Source: a virus (lineage: Duplodnaviria; Caudoviricetes). Taken from it: a stretch of 56,641 nucleotides of DNA. The notes under the pieces are model-generated. The model saw only the letters and a program-made list of their open reading frames with translations, made no database searches and was not told where the DNA came from. Every line of letters starts with the position of its first letter. Positions within the stretch are counted from its first letter, which is position 1. Made by a program: the position numbers and the translations under genes. Positions 29,011-37,602 of this stretch are shown here, piece after piece. The stretch is from positions 1-56,641 of IMG/VR virus record IMGVR_UViG_3300050143_000044. One strand, given 5' to 3'.

Positions 29011-29208
29011 ATGACAATCAAACTTGAGATTTTCACGGACTGCGCAAAGGCGTATGATTCGGGCAAGGCTTTTGCCTTCGCTTTACCTGAGCAAGTGCCA
29101 GCGCTGCAAACTCGATGCTCTGAGCTGGCAGAATTCACGGGAACAAACTTTGTGATTCTGAAGCACAATACAGTGCATTGGGTTCCTGGTGTGCTTGCTG
29201 ATAACTAA
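29011..29208 (+). CDS. early hypothetical protein
   Basis: ORF. Confidence 0.6.
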   Translation: MTIKLEIFTDCAKAYDSGKAFAFALPEQVPALQTRCSELAEFTGTNFVILKHNTVHWVPGVLADN

Positions 29209-29219
29209 TCGGATAAACT

Positions 29220-29423
29220 ATGCCTAAACTCCAAAACCCACAAGAAGACAATGCTTCTTTCCTTGCTTCGGTTGACCTTGCTTTGAAAAAGGTGCATTTC
29301 AAGGCACGTCAGAACAAAAAAGATTTTGAATCCTTGAGTCGTCCTGATTATTGGAAGGAACAAAAAGCAAGGATTGACAAAATGAAATCTTGGGATATCC
29401 TGGCGGAATATATCAGCGTCTAA
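29220..29423 (+). CDS. early hypothetical protein
   Basis: ORF. Confidence 0.6.
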   Translation: MPKLQNPQEDNASFLASVDLALKKVHFKARQNKKDFESLSRPDYWKEQKARIDKMKSWDILAEYISV

Positions 29424-29487
29424 CTCTGGGTTCTAATCCCTAGGGTCTCCCTTCGCTTTTAACCCTTAACAAAATAAGGTTTTTCTT

Positions 29488-30009
29488 ATGTCTAGCATCG
29501 AGACTCAAGTTTCTGATTTTCTGGTTTCCATCGGTTGTGACTACCGCTCGGTGTATATCGGAGAAACAAAACGGAAAGATTGGAATGATTGGCCGGGTGA
29601 TAAGTGGGTTTGTATTTTCGGGGCGGGTAATCAAAACTGCGGAAAAAGGGCAGAACAAAGTTTTGATTATTTTATGGGGCTGGGCCTCCGGGTTGACTCA
29701 GTTGCATCTAAAATGGCCAGGGTGACGCTAAAGGGTTGCCGTACCAATAGCATCGCTTGGCAGGAACAAGTGATTAAGCAGATGACTCCAAAGGTACCGT
29801 CCGCAGCCGGTGTTTTGCAATCCTTGATTCTTGACAGTTCAGCAGCATCTGAGACTTTTAATTCTTGGTGCGATAACTTCGGATACAGTAACGACAGCAT
29901 GAAAGCACACAAACTATATCTTGAATGCCAAGAATCAGCCGACAAACTTAGACAAGTCTTCACCCCTGACCAAATCAAAACCCTCGAAACTCTTTTGCAG
30001 GATTATTGA
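29488..30009 (+). CDS. conserved early phage protein
   Basis: FDYFMG.G...VL.SL.LD...F.SWCDNFGY..DS.KA pattern. Confidence 0.75.
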   Translation: MSSIETQVSDFLVSIGCDYRSVYIGETKRKDWNDWPGDKWVCIFGAGNQNCGKRAEQSFDYFMGLGLRVDSVASKMARVTLKGCRTNSIAWQEQVIKQMTPKVPSAAGVLQSLILDSSAASETFNSWCDNFGYSNDSMKAHKLYLECQESADKLRQVFTPDQIKTLETLLQDY

Positions 30010-30012
30010 AAA

Positions 30013-30309
30013 ATGACAACCAACCAAATGGAAACCCTGGTCTTTCATCGCATCAAGCAAGACGTTAATGGCAACCCCCGATACTTGCTGGATTATTCTA
30101 ACCTTTTGACTGACGCAGAATTGAAAGAGTTTGCAGGGTTTTGCGTGAGCTACGCGAAGGCTTTGCAGCGCGCTAAATCAATCGGGGGCTGCATGTTCAG
30201 GGGTAAGAGTTATCGAGGGGGCATTGTCTTTAGCTCTTACAGCATCCAAAGCACTGCCAACGATATCGGCAGGGTAACCGGTCGAGTGTTCAAAGCCGAA
30301 TCTAATTAA
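30013..30309 (+). CDS. conserved early phage protein
   Basis: DVNGNPRY...GGIVFSSYS pattern. Confidence 0.75.
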   Translation: MTTNQMETLVFHRIKQDVNGNPRYLLDYSNLLTDAELKEFAGFCVSYAKALQRAKSIGGCMFRGKSYRGGIVFSSYSIQSTANDIGRVTGRVFKAESN

Positions 30310-30319
30310 AGGAAACACC

Positions 30320-30553
30320 ATGAGCTATTCTCTTTTCAAACCAACAATCAACGCCACAGGCTTTGCCCCGTCGGACTTTCAACGCATCAAACCCGGCCAA
30401 TGGGTGGAAGTCTTCGGGGTTCGGGGTCAGTATCTTGGGGTTACCCGTGCGGGTTGCGTTACGATCAACTACAACAAAGCCCCAGATATGAAGCGGCAGT
30501 TCAAGAGTAATAAACCTTTGCGTGAGTTTGCAAAGTTACATGGTTCGCGCTGA
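30320..30553 (+). CDS. early hypothetical protein
   Basis: AAGGAA RBS; PGQWV. Confidence 0.7.
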   Translation: MSYSLFKPTINATGFAPSDFQRIKPGQWVEVFGVRGQYLGVTRAGCVTINYNKAPDMKRQFKSNKPLREFAKLHGSR

Positions 30554-30679
30554 CGCTTAACCTTATCGCTCACCCGTGGGTTCACTCTCATGGAAGCAAA
30601 TAACCTGAAGGTTTAACCATAGGCCCTAATTAATGGGGCTTATATTAAACCCTTGAGTTTTAACCTGAGATAAACCAAA

Positions 30680-30940
30680 ATGATCCGACACAAAACAGCC
30701 CGCAATCTAATGTACTCGTGGCATTCTGGGATGTGGTCTGCATTTTATCAGGCTGCGTCTAGCGGTCTGGTTTATTCTTGGGAGGATCTCAAAGACGAAG
30801 CCTTGAGCATGGACAATACAAAAGAAAGAGACAATCTTATTTTGTACTTTTGCATTCAAAGCAAGAAACAAAACCCCGTTTTTTCTGATTCTCTGGCAAG
30901 TTATAAATGCCTGCCCTGGTTTATCAATCGTTCAAAGTAA
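30680..30940 (+). CDS. early hypothetical protein
   Basis: WHSGMWS.FY motif. Confidence 0.7.
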   Translation: MIRHKTARNLMYSWHSGMWSAFYQAASSGLVYSWEDLKDEALSMDNTKERDNLILYFCIQSKKQNPVFSDSLASYKCLPWFINRSK

Positions 30941-30947
30941 AAACACC

Positions 30948-31745
30948 ATGACAATCATCTATAGCGGCCCTTCTTTGATTGACGGCAAACCCATCATCTG
31001 CATTGCAGTATTCCCAAAGGGGAAAGCAAACAGCAAAACAGGGGCAATGTTGCAAACGTATATTCTCGCAGATAACGGCAAGCACCCATTAGACAATAAC
31101 AAATCAGGGGAAGACTTTAGTATCTGTGGCAATTGCAAGCACAAGGGAACACCAACAACAGACCCAGCAAAGAAACAAGCCAATGAACGTAGTTGCTATG
31201 TAGCACTCTTTCAGGGGCCTGGGCAGGTTTTCAAGGCATTGCAGCGAGGAAAGTACAGCACGGCACAAACACCCGAAGATATCGCCGCTATTGGTGCTGG
31301 CCGTATGGTTCGCCTCGGTTCATATGGTGATCCTTTGGCAGTACCTGAAATGGTTTGGGATGCTCTCAGAAGTAAAGCGCAAGGGCATACAGGATACACA
31401 CATCAAGAAGGCTTAAAAGCCTTCAATGCTTCAGGTGCAGGTAACCCTTCACCTTCTCATCAATCAGGCCACACAGGCCCATCCGGGGAACTTACTGGAT
31501 CTTCTTACCTCATGCTCTCGGCAGATAGCAAAGAAGAAGCGCAAACAGCTTGGGAGCAAGGTAAGAGAACTTTTCGGGTGATTCCTATCAATGCAAAACC
31601 CTCAGAATCCCTTGATCCATACAATGAAATTATGTGCCCATCGGATAAAGGTGTGCAATGCGTGCAGTGCAAATTGTGTAAGGGTGGAACCAGGGGTAAA
31701 TCAGTTGCGATTGTCGCGCATGGTGTCGGGAAAAAGTACATTTAA
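30948..31745 (+). CDS. conserved Cys-rich phage protein, possible Fe-S/Zn enzyme
   Basis: SICGNC, CYV, RLGSYGDP, GYTHQ, C-terminal CP...CxxCxxC; low-complexity insert. Confidence 0.7.
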   Translation: MTIIYSGPSLIDGKPIICIAVFPKGKANSKTGAMLQTYILADNGKHPLDNNKSGEDFSICGNCKHKGTPTTDPAKKQANERSCYVALFQGPGQVFKALQRGKYSTAQTPEDIAAIGAGRMVRLGSYGDPLAVPEMVWDALRSKAQGHTGYTHQEGLKAFNASGAGNPSPSHQSGHTGPSGELTGSSYLMLSADSKEEAQTAWEQGKRTFRVIPINAKPSESLDPYNEIMCPSDKGVQCVQCKLCKGGTRGKSVAIVAHGVGKKYI

Positions 31746-31753
31746 AATTCTAT

Positions 31754-32020
31754 ATGAAACAATACAAAGATTCCGATTGGCATGATCTGCACTTTACCGT
31801 TAATTTCAAAGATGGCTCTGTGTGGTCTGACCATTTCAAACGCTGCACAAAATACAATCACCGGCGCGATGAATGGCTACCTACAAGGGAATTCAAAAAC
31901 GACTTTCTACCCGGTGATGATGAAATGCTGGCATCAGCTATTAAGCGCAGGCTTGCATTGTGGATAGAAGAAAAAAACCCGGACAATTCAGGGTTTAATA
32001 TTGTCTGGAACCTTGCCTAA
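31754..32020 (+). CDS. early hypothetical protein
   Basis: ORF. Confidence 0.6.
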   Translation: MKQYKDSDWHDLHFTVNFKDGSVWSDHFKRCTKYNHRRDEWLPTREFKNDFLPGDDEMLASAIKRRLALWIEEKNPDNSGFNIVWNLA

Positions 32021-32244
32021 TGAAACCCCAAAGACAACGCACAGATGAAGCTAATGAATACATCCAACGCACCATGCAGGAGATTAAAGAGGCTCACAGG
32101 CGCACCATGCAAACGGGTCAGGCAGTACAGGCCGAGATAGAGAAAGAGCAGCGACAAGCCTTCTATGATGCTTGCACAGGCTACAAAGGAGGCTTTGTGG
32201 TGTGGCTGTGTGTGTGCTTTGCTGCTTACTTGTTTTTGTGGTGA
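32020..32244 (+). CDS. early hypothetical membrane-anchored protein
   Basis: C-terminal hydrophobic segment. Confidence 0.6.
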   Translation: MKPQRQRTDEANEYIQRTMQEIKEAHRRTMQTGQAVQAEIEKEQRQAFYDACTGYKGGFVVWLCVCFAAYLFLW

Positions 32245-32531
32245 TCTCGGGGTTTACCCTAATGACACGTTCATTGGTTAGGGCATAATACATACATGGC
32301 GAGAAGGTTGACACCTTCTCTTTCATGGACAGCAAGATGCTGGACACAAACAGAAAGCAAACAATGACCTCCTTTGATAAGTTCCTTGCATCCATCGCCA
32401 CCATGAGCGCCTTTGCTCTTATCCTTGCTGGTGGTATGGATCTACCTAACACCCCAGCGGGTGCACTGGTTAAATGGATCTTTTCGGCAGTCTGAAGGAT
32501 AGGAAACAAAGACACTGGAAGTTCTAGGGTC

Positions 32532-32567
32532 ATTCTCTTGCCTTAGTTTTCTTCGGCGTGTTATAAT
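32532..32567 (+). promoter_or_regulatory. sigma70-like promoter
   Basis: TTGCCT-18 nt-TATAAT with TG extension. Confidence 0.55.
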
Positions 32568-32958
32568 TCAGTCATACCAACCAACCTTTAGAGATTCACC
32601 ATGAAGCACGACAAGCAAAGCATCATTGAAATCACCCTAAGCCTTACTGCGCTGGCTTTGGCTCCTTGTTTATATTACCTGCTCAGCATGACAGGGATTG
32701 GCTAAGTAAGGAAACACCCGGTGAAATATCCGGGGTTTAATACCGAGAGTTGTAATAGGTTTTAACTATCAGTAGTACTTCAGATGATAGCCAAAAGCTA
32801 TGCACCAAAAATAGTGCATGTTACAATTACAAAAAAAATTCTTCGACCGAGTGTATTCTAAGGTATCACTCTCCGCTTTGCACCCTATACCCTATCCTGT
32901 CTTCGAAGGGTATAATTCAACGTAACAGCACAGGCTGACTTCAGAGATTACCCTTTAT

Positions 32959-32971
32959 AATCAATGACTTA
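32959..32971 (+). promoter_or_regulatory. IHF consensus site
   Basis: AATCAATGACTTA matches WATCAANNNNTTR. Confidence 0.5.
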
Positions 32972-33473
32972 CATAGAAGGTTGCCTAGGCAAGTATCTTA
33001 GAAATCAACCTTCAGATATTTTAGAATCATCTCAGAAAACATAGACCGAGGGGGTGGGTCTATCAAGCCCCTATTCCAATCTGCTGCATAATTCTTACAA
33101 TATACAAAAGAATATAATGTAATCGTATATGCAAATTCCTACTTTATTGATAAGATTCTAAAGTTCTTACTTCAGGAATGCCTCAAAGTTGCATCCCACA
33201 GGGTATGACGCTATCCAGAAGGCCCTAGAAAGCTCTCAGATGAGTTAATTTCAAAGGTTAAGGGCAGTGCTAGGGTAGCTAACTTTAATTGAACCAAAGG
33301 CTTCCTATCCGAGACCGAGCAACAGCTTTATTCTTATCTAAACCAAGGCTATAAGATATTTCCCTGGGTTGGATATTTCTGGTTTCAATAATTGAAGGTT
33401 CTAAAATTTTATTTTTAATAGATTTAGAAATATCTAGACACCCTATCCAATCCATTCTGAATTGTATAGACAA

Positions 33474-33510
33474 AATAAAAGCTACTAAGGAATTAACCCT
33501 AGTAGCTTTC
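33474..33510 (-). terminator. intrinsic terminator after the clpP-like gene
   Basis: AAAGCTACTA...TAGTAGCTTT stem with minus-strand T-tail. Confidence 0.75.
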
Positions 33511-33513
33511 GTA

Positions 33514-34218
33514 TTAACTCTTCTTAGCTCTTGATTTTGTTACTTTAGGAATTTCTTGTTCTACCTGCTCTAGTTCCATCTCGGCTACAGTCTTAGCTTC
33601 AAGATAAATTTCCCTAGCTTCCAACCTCTCTACAATTTCATCAGAAGTAAACCAAAACTCTTTACCCTCTAAGCACTGCTCAATTTCTGATTCAGTTAAG
33701 AACCCTTCATAAGCTTGTCTAAACACCCTTGTAAGCCATTTGTTCTGAAATTCCATACCTCGTACAGCATCCATGTGCTTACCACCATAACCGAAGCTTG
33801 CTGCATGAATCATCATCCGAGCATTAGGACTTACACCCAAATTAGGGCAACGCAGAGCAAAGAGACTACCAGCAGAAGAAGCTTGACCTGTGATAATAGC
33901 TTGTACTTGACCTTCGCAAGCATCAACAGCTTCACAGAGAGCCAAGATACCATCTGCATTGCCACCAGGAGTCTCAACAAAGAAAGTACAAGTATCTGAT
34001 TCAGACAAAGCACCAAGCATTTGAATTACCTGACGGTAATACCTGGGTTCACGGATAGTTTCATCCAAGAATACTTCTACATTATTCTGTACTTTGGTTT
34101 GTGTGTAATAACTTAAAAATTCAGAACCTTTGACTAGCATATCTAGATCATCTTCTGAATCGTTGAACTTAGTGACACCAAAAATCTTACCATTGTTATA
34201 TTCAGGATTATATTTCAT
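33514..34218 (-). CDS. ClpP-like protease subunit
   Basis: ETPGG, ASSAGS (catalytic Ser), MMIH. Confidence 0.85.
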   Translation of the reverse strand: MKYNPEYNNGKIFGVTKFNDSEDDLDMLVKGSEFLSYYTQTKVQNNVEVFLDETIREPRYYRQVIQMLGALSESDTCTFFVETPGGNADGILALCEAVDACEGQVQAIITGQASSAGSLFALRCPNLGVSPNARMMIHAASFGYGGKHMDAVRGMEFQNKWLTRVFRQAYEGFLTESEIEQCLEGKEFWFTSDEIVERLEAREIYLEAKTVAEMELEQVEQEIPKVTKSRAKKS

Positions 34219-34220
34219 AC

Positions 34221-34988
34221 TTATCTGCCCTTCTTAGTTTGTTGCTGAGATGATTCCACGCTTACAATCGGATTACTCGACTGCATCTCTGCTTCATAAG
34301 CCAAAACAAATTCTTTAGTAATACCACTACGAACAATATCGTCAGGAGTAAACTTAACAAAGCAACTATCTGAAATATTGTACCTTTCACAAAGCTTCTC
34401 TAGATAAGTCAAACCATCTGTACCTTTTACTACATCAGTCTGTACACCTGAGTTATCACCGCACATGATCAGTTGAGTATTTTCACCAATACGAGTAGTC
34501 AAAGCCTGGATCTCTTGCACGTACATACCCTGGACTTCATCAGTCAATACAATTGCATTTTCCCATGACCTACCACGAATAGTTTCTAGTGAACAAATCT
34601 CAATTGTCTTGTTCTTTAGTGCAATCTCTAGCGAACCTTTACCTAAGAAATCTTCCAAGTAGTCCAACATCTGTTGGTAATAAGGAATCAGCTTCTCTTC
34701 TAGGGTTCCAGGTAGGAAACCAATACTACGACCTGCAAGAGGTTGATAAGCACGAATCAAAACAATCTTTTCGATATCCTTGTAGTGCAGTTTCTTAGCT
34801 GCGTGGGCACAACAAAGGTACGTCTTACCTGTGCCTGCACTCCCCGCTGCGACTACCAAAGTATTGTACTTCAACCCTTCCATAAGCTTTGCTTGGTTGT
34901 CATTCTTAGGAAGAAGTACAGGAAATTGCTGTCGAATGAACTTTTCTTTTTGCACAATATCAGCTTTAGTCTTTTGAGTTCTCTTCAA
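34221..34988 (-). CDS. phoH: PhoH-like ATPase
   Basis: GSAGTGKT, GFLPG.LEEK, IRGRSW, DEVQ, TRIG, DIVRSG. Confidence 0.93.
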   Translation of the reverse strand: MKRTQKTKADIVQKEKFIRQQFPVLLPKNDNQAKLMEGLKYNTLVVAAGSAGTGKTYLCCAHAAKKLHYKDIEKIVLIRAYQPLAGRSIGFLPGTLEEKLIPYYQQMLDYLEDFLGKGSLEIALKNKTIEICSLETIRGRSWENAIVLTDEVQGMYVQEIQALTTRIGENTQLIMCGDNSGVQTDVVKGTDGLTYLEKLCERYNISDSCFVKFTPDDIVRSGITKEFVLAYEAEMQSSNPIVSVESSQQQTKKGR

Positions 34989-35054
34989 AATAATCTCCTT
35001 AGTGAGTTTTAAATTACGTAATAACTCAATTAAGAATCATTACTGTCTGCACAA

Positions 35055-35291
35055 TCAACCCTTAGTTGGCCTACCGGGTTTCTTAGGTTCTGTTTTGGTA
35101 TTAGCTTCAACTTCAGTTTCATTACTCTTGTTCATCACACAACTATAATGACCTACAAAACCTTGAGGTAATCCTTGATTACTTTCTTCAATCAAGTAAC
35201 CTTCTTGCACCAAGGTTTGAAGTTCTTTGCAGAAATCAATCAAACTATAGCAACTTAAACTGAACCTAGTATCTGTAATCTTTTCTAGCAT
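35055..35291 (-). CDS. hypothetical protein
   Basis: ORF ending KKPGRP. Confidence 0.65.
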   Translation of the reverse strand: MLEKITDTRFSLSCYSLIDFCKELQTLVQEGYLIEESNQGLPQGFVGHYSCVMNKSNETEVEANTKTEPKKPGRPTKG

Positions 35292-35341
35292 AGTATCCTT
35301 TATTAGGTGTTGAAGATAATCCTGGTCTGGACTTTGATTAG

Positions 35342-35370
35342 ATTGTAGCTCATTCCAGTTAGGAAGTCAA
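35342..35370 (-). promoter_or_regulatory. sigma70 promoter
   Basis: TTGACT-17 nt-TACAAT. Confidence 0.75.
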
Positions 35371-35609
35371 GGATCTCCCGTGCAACAAGTTTAAATCAAT
35401 CATCACTTATCAACAAGTAATGAAGATACGAAGATACGAAGATACGAAACACAGATTGATTTAAAGCCTCTAGGAGCGATTTAAGGTACTAACCCTAGTG
35501 CTGGTATTACCTAAGTACTTTAAACTCAACCAAGAGCCTTCTAGGTGCCTTAGAATTGATCCTAGGAAACCAAAGGTACCATGGTTATACGAAACCGAGC
35601 ACAATCTAT

Positions 35610-36407
35610 TCACTTAACCTTGTTCTGCTTCTCTAACCACCTGATACTTGCACTGAAAGCAGGCATCAAACCAAAAGACAAAGGAAACTGACCTACTTTA
35701 CTTGTTTCTTTGTACTTAATCTTGAAACCAACGAAAGGGTTACCTTCAGAAGCTTCTTGAAACCAATGACCTTCTAGGTAACTTGCATCAGCAGGATATT
35801 CCTGTACCTTGACAGAATCAATAAAGCTTTGTGTCTTTGTACCTAACCTGATTTCTTGCTTAACCTTTAGGAAATCAGTCTTGTGCTTGTAGTAATCCTT
35901 GAACATGCAAGAATCAGGGATGAAAGAATCCTTTACTTTAAGATTGAAAGCTTCTTGCATCTTTAAATCGTACATAGCTGAAGCTTTTGCTTGAGCTTCC
36001 AGGATACCAAATTGCTTTATGCTGAAGTAACTTACTTCAACCCAGGACTTAACCTCTTTCCTGAACAAACCCTGCATTACTTCAGCATAAACGCAATGAA
36101 CCTTAAAGGATAATTCCTTGGTATCAGGGTTGATGTAGATTTTAATTCCGTTATTGAATAATTCCTTAGACAGCTTCTTAGCTGGATATTTCTTATAAGC
36201 TAACTTATCGGCACCTTCAACAAAGTGATATACTTGTTTGAATTTACCTTTACCTTCAATGACTTTCTTTAAACCATTGATCATATGCAACTTATCTTCA
36301 AGTTTAACTTTAATCCTCTTTGACTTAGTCTTACTAACCTTAGTCTTCTTTGTTGTCTTATCTGGTTCAATGAGTTCAGTTGTTTCTTCTGTCTCTGCAA
36401 GTAGCAT
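35610..36407 (-). CDS. basic DNA-binding protein with two AP2-like repeats
   Basis: FSIKQFGILEA..KA and FPLSFGLMPAF..S..W resemble the FS..KYG...A motif of phage AP2 domains. Confidence 0.5.
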   Translation of the reverse strand: MLLAETEETTELIEPDKTTKKTKVSKTKSKRIKVKLEDKLHMINGLKKVIEGKGKFKQVYHFVEGADKLAYKKYPAKKLSKELFNNGIKIYINPDTKELSFKVHCVYAEVMQGLFRKEVKSWVEVSYFSIKQFGILEAQAKASAMYDLKMQEAFNLKVKDSFIPDSCMFKDYYKHKTDFLKVKQEIRLGTKTQSFIDSVKVQEYPADASYLEGHWFQEASEGNPFVGFKIKYKETSKVGQFPLSFGLMPAFSASIRWLEKQNKVK

Positions 36408-36440
36408 GTCTTTTCCCTTTACTTTGCTGTTGAAGACACA

Positions 36441-36469
36441 ACTCTATCTGATTTGGTACAACAAGTCAA
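36441..36469 (-). promoter_or_regulatory. sigma70 promoter
   Basis: TTGACT-17 nt-TAGAGT. Confidence 0.65.
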
Positions 36470-36599
36470 TAGATGAAGAGACCTATGTAGGTAAGACACA
36501 ACAAACCAAACAGACAAAGAGACAAAGAAAAAGATCCTACAGAATTTCTTCGGTAGGATCTTATCTATTCTATTCTTTATTATCTGGTAAGGAGAACAA

Positions 36600-36947
36600 C
36601 CTTGTTACTTGGTAATCTTGGTAATCTTGTTATCTCTTTGTTTATCTTGCCTATCTTGTCTATCTCAGGTGACACGGATATTCCTAAGTTATTTCTACGT
36701 TAGTAAATAACTACTAGGGTGCATCTTGTACTCATCTGTATCTTCTCTGTATCTTAGATATAACCTACGTTAGTAAGTTTATCTAAGGTTACTTATCTTG
36801 TTAGTTAACTGTTTCTAAGTTATAACCTTAGTTATTACCTAGGTTATTACTTAAGTTATATTCTTAGTTATTTCTTAGTTATTTCTTAGTTATTTCTTAG
36901 TATATTCTAAGTATTATAAGATTATCTGAGTTCATTTCGGACGGAGT
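36600..36947. repeat. AT-rich repeat/palindrome tract (candidate origin B)
   Basis: (T/A)ATCTTG repeats, CTACGTTAGTAA x2, TTATTTCTTAG x3. Confidence 0.65.
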
Positions 36948-37262
36948 TATGCCCTTAGGGCGAGTTCAGAGAACCACCCAGAGCATAATCAAACTTGTTA
37001 TCTTGAGACGATCCCAGGACGACTTATCTTGTCTAGACGAATAGATGTACGTTAAAAAGTTAAACTATCAAAGTAAAATCATAATCATCTGCCTTCCCCG
37101 ACAAGACTCTGCTAAAGCAGGGTTATAAGGGCTGAATCTGTTAGCGCTAATTGGCACAAACGCTGGCGAGAAGTTGAAGCTATCAACTTGCGTAGGATAT
37201 GTTGTCTGCTATCCTACCTACCGAGTCAGTTCAGATGCATAAAGCTGTAAATGCACCAGATC
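36940..37262 (-). ncRNA. candidate structured non-coding RNA
   Basis: series of stems (GTAGGATA/TATCCTAC, AAGTTGA/TCAACTT, TTATGCTC/GGGCATAA) downstream of a TTGACA promoter at 37291-37296. Confidence 0.5.
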
Positions 37263-37602
37263 TTCTAATAGTCGCATGTAAGTTGTTATTTGTCAAGCTT
37301 TTCTGCTTAAAAATTAAGCACATCACCAAAATAAAGTTCAAAGTACCTAAGAACAACCCTTCTGCATCCTCTGCTACCTTTAACCTGATGTACAGCACCT
37401 TCAGGAAGGCCCATGGAAGCCTCTTGGTTGAATTCTTTCTACAAGTTGATACCAGCCCCATCTAAGCCTTTCCAGAGGCTCTAAAGGGCTTTAAATCCTT
37501 CGTGGTATCTTTTAGATTGACTCCCAGGTTATAATAAACTTAGAGAATAATTCTATTCTCTTTTATTTGCAAATAAAGAATTAGTTAACTAAGAAAGAAT
37601 TT

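Noticed and set aside
30558-30606. TAACCT-flanked segment as a third copy of the twin element
   Set aside because: Only CGCTCAC matches; TAACCT is common locally; the segment folds as an ordinary G-U hairpin
35422-35448. GAAGATAC x3 microsatellite (also TAAG x4 at ~19881)
   Set aside because: Short intergenic slippage repeats with no further structure
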